Source: Schmidtea polychroa
Lineage: Eukaryota
NCBI GenBank assembly: GCA_044892525.1
Contig: CM097886.1
Span: 15,624,001-15,688,000 of the forward strand
Direction: 5' to 3'
Length of the DNA stretch: 64,000 nt
Part shown: positions 36,531 through 48,603 of the stretch, piece by piece
Layout of the letters: each line of letters opens with the position of its first letter
Numbering within the stretch: the first letter of the stretch is position 1
Notes under the pieces: generated by a model
What the model was told of the DNA's origin: nothing
Seen by the model: only the letters and a program-made list of their open reading frames with translations
Databases searched by the model: none
Program-made: the position numbers and the translations under genes

Positions 36531-37280
36531 TTAAGATCTGTAGTCNNNNNNNNNNNNNNNNNNNNNNNNNNNNNNNNNNNNNNNNNNNNNNNNNNNNNNN
36601 NNNNNNNNNNNNNNNNNNNNNNNNNNNNNNNNNNNNNNNNNNNNNNNNNNNNNNNNNNNNNNNNNNNNNNNNNNNNNNNNNNNNNNNNNNNNNNNNNNNN
36701 NNNNNNNNNNNNNNNNNNNNNNNNNNNNNNNNNNNAGACACTGAACATGGTATCTATGCTGACAAGGCAACTCGTACACTTCATCGGCCACCTCATAATC
36801 TGACAGACAAATGGAACCTGTATCATTAGGTTTGGTGATTTTCTTGACTTGTAATTTCTCAATATCTGCCTCATTTGCTGGTTGAGGACCACTCTGTTCA
36901 AATTGATTCATAATTCTCGTTACAAAATTGTCGAAACTTTGATCTGAAAATATGTAATCTGACGAATCTGATCTAAAATCAAGAGCTAGCAATTCACCAA
37001 ATAAATATGATATTAGTTGGCCAAAAACACTATTTCTGTTATCAGGATCTCTTGGAGTAATAAAAAAGGAACCATCAGTTTCATTTGTAGTACTTCCACC
37101 GGGAATATGACTAATAATATAATAAACATTCAAGGCATCATCATCACTTTCTATTGAGTTAACAGATTCAATTTTTTCAATAAATCCGTCATTGCACGTC
37201 ACACATTTACCATCCTGAGATATGTGAACGTCCCTGTTGCATTTATGATAATAGTAATTACCTATATTAATCGTAGCCAT
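36531..37280 (-). CDS. RNF115/RNF126-like RING-H2 E3 ligase, possibly degenerate; RING partly in an N block
   Basis: N-terminal C..C..GFIEKI zinc ribbon; FDNFVTRIMNQFEQSGPQPA and LPCQHRYHVQC match the RNF126 family. Confidence 0.85.
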   Translation of the reverse strand: MATINIGNYYYHKCNRDVHISQDGKCVTCNDGFIEKIESVNSIESDDDALNVYYIISHIPGGSTTNETDGSFFITPRDPDNRNSVFGQLISYLFGELLALDFRSDSSDYIFSDQSFDNFVTRIMNQFEQSGPQPANEADIEKLQVKKITKPNDTGSICLSDYEVADEVYELPCQHRYHVQCXXXXXXXXXXXXXXXXXXXXXXXXXXXXXXXXXXXXXXXXXXXXXXXXXXXXXXXXXXXXXXXXDYRS

Positions 37281-37499
37281 TTAAAAAATTTACAAAAATT
37301 TATTTTCAAAGAACTTCCAGAAACTCCCAATCTTTTAAACAAACTTGACAAATTCAAACTTCATAACAAATCCAAAATTCCAATCCAAATCCGAATAATA
37401 AATCTTTAAAATTACACTGATCGCGTCTGTGTGCGCATACAAACAACCAATGTCAAAAGCAAAAAAAACGCACACAGACGCTACATAAACTCATAATTC

Positions 37500-37835
37500 A
37501 CCAAACAACATCGCCTCCGTCTGGAGCAGTAACACTTCTTGCTTCAAGACCCTTAGCACCTTCAACAATATCAAAGAGAACTTCTTCTCCATCAGCAAAT
37601 GACGTTGCATTGCCAGCTGCGATCAATTTNNNNNNNNNNNNNNNNNNNNNNNNNNNNNNNNNNNNNNNNNNNNNNNNNNNNNNNNNNNNNNNNNNNNNNN
37701 NNNNNNNNNNNNNNNNNNNNNNNNNNNNNNNNNNNNNNNNNNNNNNNNNNNNNNNNNNNNNNNNNNNNNNNNNNAATTGGTCGAGGGTATGACCATTGGA
37801 TAGAACTCTTCAAGAGCTTTCGAATGATGAGTCAT
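37500..37835 (-). CDS. Cold-shock domain (Y-box-like) protein; central part hidden by N, ends uncertain
   Basis: 37629-37500 reads KLIAAGNATSFADGEEVLFDIVEGAKGLEARSVTAPDGGDVV, matching the Y-box CSD end [29 protein letters not shown]. Confidence 0.7.
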
Positions 37836-37973
37836 ATGTCTTTGTTTTGTAAATATCTCTGTTTAAAATTTGACCTTAAAATGGCCTAAAATCGAATTTG
37901 ACCTTACTGTAACCTTAAAGTTTTCTATGCCGTTAAGTTTACCTTAAGAGGGGCCTGGGGGTATATACATTAG

Positions 37974-38012
37974 TTACGTCATCGATGACGTCACATATAT
38001 TTGTTTCCGGCT
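37974..38012. promoter_or_regulatory. Candidate promoter with paired CRE-like sites
   Basis: TTACGTCA and TGACGTCA form a 16-bp palindrome (37976-37991), plus TTCCGG; lies about 150 bp upstream of the CSD frame. Confidence 0.4.
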
Positions 38013-38187
38013 TCTCATCCTACCCTACTGTAGATGTAGAACGTTTTCATATGAGATTATTATTATTGCACGTTAATGGCTGCAAATCTTTTGCAGACAT
38101 TCAAACTTTCAACAACAAAATCTATGACTCATACAGAAAAGCCGCAATTGCCAGATGATTAGCTTCTCACGGATCCACGACAACTGG

Positions 38188-38342
38188 TTCACTGACAAAT
38201 GGTTCACGACAAATGGATCCTGATATTTGGTTCACCACTTTCGGTTACGCATTTTTTCTGTTATCACTTTAAAATGACTGAAAACTTAAAACGTCGTGAA
38301 CCAAACGTCGTGAAACAAATGTCGTGAACCATTTGTCAGTGA
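38188..38342. mobile_element. Small MITE with repeated inverted termini
   Basis: TTCACTGACAAATGGTTCACGAC ... GTCGTGAACCATTTGTCAGTGAA, with internal CGTGAA repeats. Confidence 0.55.
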
Positions 38343-40591
38343 ATCTAAAAAAATNNNNNNNNNNNNNNNNNNNNNNNNNNNNNNNNNNNNNNNNNNNNNN
38401 NNNNNNNNNNNNNNNNNNNNNNNNNNNNNNNNNNNNNNNNNNNNNNNNNNNNNNNNNNNNNNNNNNNNNNNNNNNNNNNNNNNNNNNNNNNNNNNNNNNN
38501 NNNNNNNNNNNNNNNNNNNNNNNNNNNNNNNNNNNNNNNNNNNNTATTATTTAAAACAATAAAATGATAATTTAAGCTTTTTGCTGCAAATAATGTATTT
38601 AATGAAAATATTTTCGACTATAAGATAGTCCTTGTCAATAATAATGATAATAACTAGCAACTTGCGAAGTCCTGCAGATTTTATTTGAATAAAAAGTATT
38701 TTAAAAGATTATATTTAATGGCAAATAATATCAAAATAAAAAGAAAACAACAATTTAAATATAAAAAAGGCTTTTCTAGTATATCTCATTAAACACTTGA
38801 TTATCATCATAATACTACCATCTTCAAGTCGTTGTTTGTTTCCTTTTAAAAAAAAACACGACACTCAGCAAATGAAGTGCAGCGACTTAATGCTACGTAA
38901 AGTTGTTCATGTGTAAATACGGCATTTGGTAGATAAACATATATTGATCTTTAAAGTCTTTTACGAAATAATTCTTATGTCTTGATTAGAAATTTCTATA
39001 AAGATCCCAATGTATCACTATCTTCATATGAACAATTCTTTTTGTTATTTTTAAAATAAATGTCCTAAGTTCTTGAGTTTAGAAGACGTTAAGACTATTA
39101 CTTTTATCTGTTATCGTGTAAACCAACTTTTTCATATATTGTCGAACATCTTTANNNNNNNNNNNNNNNNNNNNNNNNNNNNNNNNNNNNNNNNNNNNNN
39201 NNNNNNNNNNNNNNNNNNNNNNNNNNNNNNNNNNNNNNNNNNNNNNNNNNNNNNNNNNNNNNNNNNNNNNNNNNNNNNNNNNNNNNNNNNNNNNNNNNNN
39301 NNNNNNNNNNNNNNNNNNNNNNNNNNNNNNNNNNNNNNNNNNNNNNNNNNNNNNNNNNNNNNNNNNNNNNNNNNNNNNNTCAAAGATTTTTAATTTTGCT
39401 CCCCAATTTGTCTAAGTTGTTTAATCTATCATAAATAATTGATAATTGTGTCGTATAAAATTTAATTTTGAATTTTCAAGTGTCATTTGAAATTGGATGG
39501 GAACTTTTTATGAATAAATCATTGATAAAATGTACATTTTATTATTCTGTCTGGCTCGAATGATTAACTTGTTCCCTTTCCCCTGCCTTATTGAGTAACG
39601 GCGTATATCAGACGAATTTATCAAGAAATGTTTCGAAATAATAACTTCAATTAAGAATTTGGATTTGATTAATTTTAATGAATCGGTTTTTTATTATGCA
39701 CATGAAAATCTGTTATTGAACTTTTTTCCTTTTTCTCCTGAACAAAAATTTTATACATCAAAGTAACAGTTTCATTTTTCTTCTTTCCATACTTCAAGGC
39801 CAACCTCGTTTTTTTTTGAAATTCCAGTTCCGCTCGGCTCCGAGCCATGAAATATGCCAACATAATCAATTAAACAGACAACTGCTAATGAAGTGAAGGT
39901 CGTGAAATCGTTTTATAATCACAATTTGGAATTTATTTCTGATTCCTAAGAATTTAATTGTCAAGATCAAGTAGCCAAAAGTAATTAAATTACTATGACA
40001 CTGACAATAGATTTCTTGGACAAGTTGATTTTATTACTCTCATAGTTACCAAAGCGTTCAGTAAATCTCATTACATTTTCATTTTTTTGTGATAGAATGA
40101 TGAACATTTTGATTAGATACATGACTACATACGCACGCACTGCTGACAATGGAGATATATATTTCATGGCTCAGAGACTTTTGGAATATNNNNNNNNNNN
40201 NNNNNNNNNNNNNNNNNNNNNNNNNNNNNNNNNNNNNNNNNNNNNNNNNNNNNNNNNNNNNNNNNNNNNNNNNNNNNNNNNNNNNNNNNNNNNNNNNNNN
40301 NNNNNNNNNNNNNNNNNNNNNNNNNNNNNNNNNNNNNNNNNNNNNNNNNNNNGGCAGCATTAATTAAATTTTAAAACAATTAAATTATAATTTAAGCCTT
40401 TTACTGCGAATAATATATTTAATACAAATGAAAAAATTTCGACTATAAGATAGTCATTGTCAATAGTCTTATAGTCCAGAATTTTTTCACTCATATCAAC
40501 TACATCATTCGACATATCAGTCAATTTACATTCATTCATACTACGATCCTTAGCATTATTCATACATTTATCAATAGACATTCCTCCTCTT

Positions 40592-41544
40592 TGTTGGGGT
40601 TCTTAAATTTAAAATTTCTAAATAATTAAAAAAGGAATATTTGAAAATTCTAAATCAAGAAATCATGGAATTAAAATTCGAAAAATGGGTCAGGTGTAAA
40701 TGAGATGATGGGAAAGATCATGGTGAGAACGAATTCATTAGAAAATGTTCAGAAAGAGTCGAAATGCAAGAAAACGTACAAAAACAGAAAATCGTTGATT
40801 TAATTAATTAAGTAAACAGAAAGAAATGTAAACAAAGTGGATTCTGGAAAACGAACAATGAAGACGAACGGTGGGATAATTAATTATTTCTTTTGAATGA
40901 GAAAAGATGAAAAAGGCCGCGAGATGAAGTTTGTCAAATGGAGAAGATTTAGTTCAAACGCCATTAATGAATGCTATTATTTGAACTATATAAACTAACT
41001 CCAACTCAGAAGGAATCGACAGTTTGCCATAGGTAGGGTGAAACAATTTGACCGTAGGATTGAAAGGAAAATTAAATTCTCAAGATAGAATTAACAGAAA
41101 GGAAAATAAATGAATCAAATTAAGTCAAATAATTAAAGAGAAAAGAATTGATTATTGTTGGAAAACGTGCAAAACCAAAGCCGTTACAGCGAGACTTATT
41201 GAATAGTTATAATATTCATTATATTGTGATATTCAGAGTTTTGTCAATTATAGATTATAAGAATTTGAATACAAATATGAGTTGTATTGTTTGTCTAATC
41301 ATTTTTACAGATAACGTGAACTCAGAAACACCGACTTTAATATTTATGTATTTGAAAAATTAACATCATTAGTTTTTCGACTGTTTTGCCGCACAAACTG
41401 TTATTTAATAACTTGTAATTTTTATTTAGTGTGTTTGTCGATTCAGCTCTGAGTTTGGTATTGATATCTATATATTTTTAAAAGAAGAAGATTGTTTAAA
41501 TTTCATCGTTCTATTTTTTTGGGACTTTAACACCAAGAATCACA
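40592..41544 (+). mobile_element. Probable solo LTR; 3' end approximate
   Basis: Starts TGTTGGGGTTC like 10937; purine-rich 5' half and T-rich 3' half; no TSD found. Confidence 0.5.
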
Positions 41545-41961
41545 TATAACTTCAATAACCTCCAAGACGATGATGAGGACTTTTATTAAATAAACTTTGT
41601 ATCCTTTATTGCTATTTTTATGTTGTGTTTGTTATACAATGCTGTTAGTATTAGGTTGCTGATACCTATTTGTTAGTACTTGGTTATTTTTAGCATGTTG
41701 TTAGNNNNNNNNNNNNNNNNNNNNNNNNNNNNNNNNNNNNNNNNNNNNNNNNNNNNNNNNNNNNNNNNNNNNNNNNNNNNNNNNNNNNNNNNNNNNNNNN
41801 NNNNNNNNNNNNNNNNNNNNNNNNNNNNNNNNNNNNNNNNNNNNNNNNNNNNNNNNNNNNNNNNNNNNNNNNNNNNNNNNNNNNNNNNNNNNNNNNNNNN
41901 NNNNNNNNNNNNNNNNNNNNNNNNNNNNNNNNNNNNNNNNNNNNNNNNNNNNNNNNNNNNN

Positions 41962-42769
41962 TTATTAAATTATATAGTTCAGATTAAAAGGAAAGCCGAA
42001 ATTGAAGCTGGAAAACGGGAGAGGAGTAGATTAGGGGATGGTGAAGAAGACAGTGAGCAAGAAATTGTTAGAAAATGTGTAGAAAGGGTCATAAAACAGA
42101 CAAATGTAGAAAACGTAAAATATTAATTAATTAATTAATTGGTTAATTGGAAACCCGAGTTAATGGAAAGCCCGAGCCAATGAAGAACCCGAGCGATGAA
42201 GAAAACCCGAGCACGGCAATTTGGAAGGGTAAACAAACGAGGAATTCAGAGGGCAATTATCCAAACAACCGGATAAACGAGGGTAAAAAAAAGATGGGGA
42301 ATTACGAAGAGGGTCAACAGAAATAGCCAATTAGTGAATGATAACTAAAGAAGTCAAAACCAATTAGGTCAAAAATGGGGCAATTACAACGATTATAGGA
42401 GTATATAAGGAAACTCAAAATTCACATAATCGGCGGTAGCCTGTAGGGAAGAAGAAATAGACGCTAGGATTTCGAGGAATAGAATAAAAGAAGAAAAGAA
42501 TTATAAGAGGAATCAAGGAGTCGGAAAGGAATATTAAAAGAGTTCGAATCAGAGAGCGGAATCAAGCAAAAAGGTGAAACTTAATTTTAAATCGTACAAG
42601 GTTGAGACCTTCAGAGCGGAGTCCGATCTGAAATTGTGTGAGAATTGTGATTAACCACCAGTGTGATCATTTGTTGAGATTTATGAATTTTCATAAAACA
42701 AATATACGTTGGGAGTTTGTGTTTATTGATTTTGGAACACGTGGAGTCAGAGTAACTAACGGTTGATTT
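41962..42769 (+). mobile_element. LTR of the CCCGAG-repeat family, both ends in N blocks
   Basis: AAACCCGAG x4 at 42148-42210; homologous to 8510-9474 (reverse). Confidence 0.7.
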
Positions 42770-45700
42770 NNNNNNNNNNNNNNNNNNNNNNNNNNNNNNN
42801 NNNNNNNNNNNNNNNNNNNNNNNNNNNNNNNNNNNNNNNNNNNNNNNNNNNNNNNNNNNNNNNNNNNNNNNNNNNNNNNNNNNNNNNNNNNNNNNNNNNN
42901 NNNNNNNNNNNNNNNNNNNNNNNNNNNNNNNNNNNNNNNNNNNNNNNNNNNNNNNNNNNNNNNNNNNNNNNNNNNNNNNNNNNNNNNNNNNNNNNNNNNN
43001 NCAGTATTAATTAAATTTTAAACAATTAAATGATAATTTTATAGTTTAATAATAATAATATTATTATTATTATTCACAAATATTTATTTCATTCAATTTT
43101 GAATTATTTTATAAAAATTTTGTATAAAATTATTGACCCTCTGTACCACAGGCGTATTTAACGAGAATTTATTTTGAACGAGAGGCTAAATATAGTACAA
43201 AAAATCGCAGAGAACTCAAAATATTTAAGCTTTTTTAGCGAAAATTTATTTTATGCTTTTTTAACGAGAATTTAAATTTAGACTTTTTAACGAGGGCCTA
43301 AATCTAGTACAAAAAGTCACAGAGAGGTAAAATACTTCCTCACTATAGTGTGATATTCATATAACCATTATAACCTATTAGAGCACAGGTTTTTTAACGA
43401 AATTCTATTTTATGCTTTTCAAACAAGAAAAATATTTAGGTTTCTTAACGATAAAAATATTTAGGATTTTTTAACTAGATTTAATCTAGTTCATTTTGAC
43501 CTGAAAAAGTTTTATTCAAAACCCATTATCAATCTGCATCACTGAATGCTCATTACCCATCTAAAGCAGCGAAAACCCATTGGGCTTCTGCAGCATAGGC
43601 GGTAGGAGGGGGAGGGGGTACATAGGGTGATTATGCTGCAGATGGCCTATATCTACATACTAATAATAAAACGCCCTTTGCACAATTTTGTTACTTAAAC
43701 TAATTCAACCCAACTGACTTTTATCCTTGATTTAATTGTTGAATTCATACCAAATTATATGAAGTACTGATAGTACCCATGTTTTAAATTGTTTACCTTC
43801 CAAACAACAAGCAATATAATATCTCAGTGTTTAGAATCGTTTTTCAATTTATCCATTCGATTAATGATGATTAGAACTTGAATAAACTATGTTCACATAA
43901 TATTTTAAAGTAATATTCCTAAAAGTTTTCAAGTCAAAATGGTCATTGGTACCAATTTGAATTTCTAATAAAATCAACGAAAAGAGCAATGAAAGTGATT
44001 ATCGGACCGGTTGATGTTTCCGATGAAGAATTGATTACAATATTATTAAAAGTAAAGTTTCGTGACCCCCGCCTACTTTGAAAAGTCTTGCCTACACTAC
44101 TGATTGAATTCATTCTTCTGGAAATTTTGTTTCAATATATGTAAGGTAAATACATTTTATTTATACATCTTATTAAATATATGAATGTAATTCTTTTAAA
44201 ATCTATACCTTAAGAAAATGTACTTTATATTATATCAGGGACAGGATCCTGTACATAAGAATGGTGCAAGTCTTTTAAAAAAATACTTAAAAAATTTCCA
44301 ATTTAAACAAGAGTTTGTCACTCCAAAAGAAAAAATTACTAAATATATATATTGAATTTATTAAAAAGAGAGCTTGAAGACTATAAATCAGTAATACTCA
44401 CGGGTTTTCGGCACTGCCTTTTTCAAGTGAAATTTGAAAAAAAGGCTGTGCCGATAATTTGTGAAGATAAAAACACATTGATATCTTTACTAATTCATTG
44501 TCAAATTTTTAATTAATCAATGTCAATTTAAAAGAAATCAGAAGTGAAAATTGAAAGAAGTTCTTATAATATATATATAGGCGTCCTATAGACGAGGATT
44601 CTTTCGAAAATCATATTACGCAGTGAGACTCATATGAAAGTAAATAATATTGGAATACTAAATTTCAAATTATACCTTAATACTTATTACAGTGTTCTTA
44701 TAACATTTAATGTACGTTAATGATGCATATTATGAAATATGAATAATAATTATAAAAATAATTATATTCTTCAATATTCATGCAATAACTCCGACGCTGT
44801 AATAATCCTTTATTAACAATCCACATTAAACTTTCACATCTCGCATAAGTCGCTGTACATTGCTGCATATTACAAGAAAACCATATCTTACAGAATCTCA
44901 ACAGTAATTCGGCGAATTAATCGCAGTTTCAAGGAATACTTATGTTAATAGAGAATAATCCTCTAGATTAATTTACCATAAACATATCTCGGTTGAAAAG
45001 TAATAAAATCAAAATAAAGAAAAATTAAAGAAGAAATATTGAAAAGAGCATGATTGAAGTAAGGACCATGATACTATACAATCGGTTTAGAGTTCCGTCA
45101 CATCTCCATTCGACTCTGGCACTGTATTATTGCTTGAGATTGTGTTACGATTTGATGACGATACATCACGCTCCACGTCTGCGTGAAAGTCATTTTGACA
45201 TGGATAATAATTTGGTACAAATCGAAAATTGATATCCTCCGAATAGTTTGGCCTCATAGACAAAGTGCTCGGATGATTCTGAATTAAAAATCCTCGGTCA
45301 AAAAGTATTTGAATATAGTATATGTACCTCCTGGCATTATGTTTTTGTATATAATTTTAATGAAATATTTTAATTTATATGGACAATTAATAAATCATAT
45401 TAAAACACAATTTGTTAAATTTATTTTGCATTATATTTCGACAGCTCAATTGTCATCATCAAAGACTAAACTAAATCAGTATAACAAATGCGTCTAATCC
45501 AAATAAAATTTCTTATTTCATTGGAAAATACTAATAAAACTAATTGAAGACTCGCAAATACATCCGGATTTTTAATCTTCTTAATTTATTTTGGATTGAA
45601 GTGATGCGTTTAAAGTTTAAAAAACCCTTTTAAATTTGGAAAGTTTTATTCATCTTAGAAGTTTAATTATCCTCAATAATGTTATTGCATATTATAATGT

Positions 45701-47844
45701 ACATCATGGAAAACTGCCAACTGTACCGTAAGGCTTTAGCTATATTTGATTTCAATTTTGAAATATTATTATTAGCACTAAATAAAAACATTTTGCTATG
45801 TGTTGCTGTAATTTTGTTTGAATCAAGATATTGAAAATAGTGAGTCTTTTAGTTTAACGTTATTTAATTTAGCACAAAAAAAATATTGTGGACAAATCCA
45901 CTCAGCCAAATGAGGCCACTATAGGCGGCTTTATAATTATGTAATTATTCGACATGAAGAAAGTTGAAATAACGTAATCTCAATTGACAACTTGATATCT
46001 TTATTACAGTGTTATCTGAAAATTGACTTTACTCTATCAGCATAACACCAAAATAGTTTGGAGTAAAAACCGATAAATTACTTATACTTTAAATTTCTAT
46101 TTCCATCATAAAATTAATAGCCCAAAGAAAAGAAAATAAATGGGAAAAATTATCATTGAAATTTCAAATTCCCTCATTGTTGCTCTGAATAAATTAAATG
46201 ATTGTTGAGAGATGAGATATTTAATGCCGGGAGGGGGCAGTACGACTCATCGCTTCAAATGCGTATTACGAATATCGAATTCTCCGAATAAAATTATTCC
46301 TTTATATTGATTTATATAATTTTAGCGGCGGGAAGAATTAAGAATTCTCGTATCTGAAAAAGAGAAATTTTTCAAAACTATCCGATTTGTACATAAAATC
46401 TATGTCCAGCAATATTCAACTGATCTCCAATCCCAGTTATAACTACTTTTGAACAAGAATTATCATTGAAGATAAAATATTGGTCTTTCTAAACTATTTT
46501 AACCTGAGTGGCAAGCGAACCAATGGTATCCGAAAGATCATTTAAAAAAGAAAACTCATATTACATTATTAATAAGTTAGTTACAGAAGGTTTGACTACT
46601 GACACCAAACTTTACCGAAATACATTGCAATACTTTATAGATATTGCAGGAAACTCGGTAGCTGCTAAGATTTAAAGCACTTTTCATTCATTTATTTTAT
46701 TTCATTTCCATTTCTTACATGGACGTTGAAGCGTTGAACAAATGGCTTAAAGATATAAAAATTATTGTCCATCGTTTGGTGTAAGTTCCAAACTTCACAA
46801 AAAGCAAATTACTTTACAAAATGTCTAATAACAACAAAACTAAGTGATTGACATGTCAAAGACCTTTAAAGAAGAAAAAAGATTTATATAAGAGACATGA
46901 TAATATTAACGAGATCTTCAACAGAACTATAAATTTCATCAACAACTGAATGGAGAAAAAAAGTATAAAATAAAAAAAAACTAAAAAACATTTTCCAAAA
47001 AATACAACAAGGCGAATCTGGAATAATAAATTTGTCAAATAAAATAAATCTTTAATTTACCTAATTCTAACCAGAGCACATAAAACATTGAAGAAATGGG
47101 AAAATATAAATGTCCATTGGCGCGTTTATTACGCCATTAAATCGTACATGGAAAGCAATTCTCACAACCGACAAGGAAATCAAGCATTGGGAAATATGTT
47201 TCATTGTTTTTCAATGATTTTATCACTTAGAATTTGTAATAAACCGTCATCCTTTTCATCAGCTGTTGGTATCAAAACATTTTCCCGTTAAAAAAAATAA
47301 TATTTCGACAATATTTATTTAATGATTTTTCTAAAAACTGTGTTTATAAATATAATCTAGGAGTCACGATATTACAAAAATATAATATAAATAATTAAAT
47401 TATGCAAAAAATATATGAAGTTTCTATTTCAATGTTATCTGAAAATCAACTTTTCACTACTGAATCATGCATAATCTGTTCTGTGATGTAATTATAATGG
47501 GATATTTGATTTCCTTAACCTTTACCCTATATTATGTAATGCTTGCATCTGTGATTTATTATTTTTGATTGTCTGGGTCCCCAAATTATGTCACTGATTA
47601 TTATTTCCCAATAAGCTATTGCTGATTGTGTTAATGTCGGCACACCGAGTACTATAAATAGTACTACAATTTCTTAAATAAAGTTTTTGGAATTTATTAA
47701 ATTATTCTTATTCTTTACATGTTCAATTTAGTCAAATATGACCTTTAAAACTGTTATACTATGTTAAATATTAAAAACTTATTTAAAAATTAGTTTAATT
47801 AATAGTGACTTTAAATTTTTAATAATAATCATGGTAGAGGTAAC

Positions 47845-48553
47845 CAGAGCCGTAGTTAGGGGGTGCGAATGAGGCGACCGCCCCGGGCGCCGAGTCGAAG
47901 AGCTCCAAAACTGTGAAAAATTATCATTTAAATTTTTTTTGCTTTTCTTTCTTTTTTTCATATTAAATTTTTATATTTTGCTTTCCATGTTTACTGTTTT
48001 CAAAAGTTAAACTAAAACAAAACTGTTTTGCTGGTCTATTTAAAGGTTTTTGCAAACGGGCGACTAAATCCGAAGGTGGCTGATCATGAAAACAGTTTTG
48101 AGCATAGAAAATGCTAATTTGCCTGGAATGATCTTGAAAGTCGCTTGAAAGAAGGAAGGACAATTAATTATAATGGTTATAGATATCAATATGCCCGATA
48201 CAGTAGTCTATATATAAAAACGAGAAATCGGAGAATAGTCTATTCAATATTGAGAAAAGAATCAGAATTATTTTTTCATAGTAAGGGAAATTTTGTGAAA
48301 CATGGCAACTCATTTCTTGCAAACTCGGCCACCCGCTGATATGGAATATGAAGCTATATATGTATATCCACATGTATAATAAATATTTATAATTAATTGG
48401 TTTTCGTTATAATATAAGTTTGGTTGAGCATTGTATAGCTTGGCATCTTAATTTGACTCTTCAAGACCAATTCCATTCCTGTAAGTCTTTTGGGACCAGG
48501 GACGCCAAATTTAAATCTCGCCCCGGGCGCCATTTTCCCTAGCTATGGCTCTG
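47845..48553 (+). mobile_element. Non-autonomous hAT element just 3' of the cadherin stop codon
   Basis: 17-bp TIR CAGAGCCGTAGTTAGGG (15/17); TSD GAGGTAAC/GCGGTAAC; interior has a ZMYM1-like remnant (DHENSFEH..WNDLESRLKEGRTI). Confidence 0.85.
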
Positions 48554-48603
48554 GCGGTAACTAGCCACAATATTATTGTTTTATGAGGGGTTATTATTAA
48601 TAA

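Noticed and set aside
39073-43014. ORFs made mostly of X residues (also near 9.4, 38.3, 57.3, 58.3 and 63.2 kb)
   Set aside because: Open only because N runs contain no stop codons.
43582-43647. G-quadruplex or structured RNA
   Set aside because: Only three G3+ tracts; better explained as a tiny MITE with 16-bp inverted ends.
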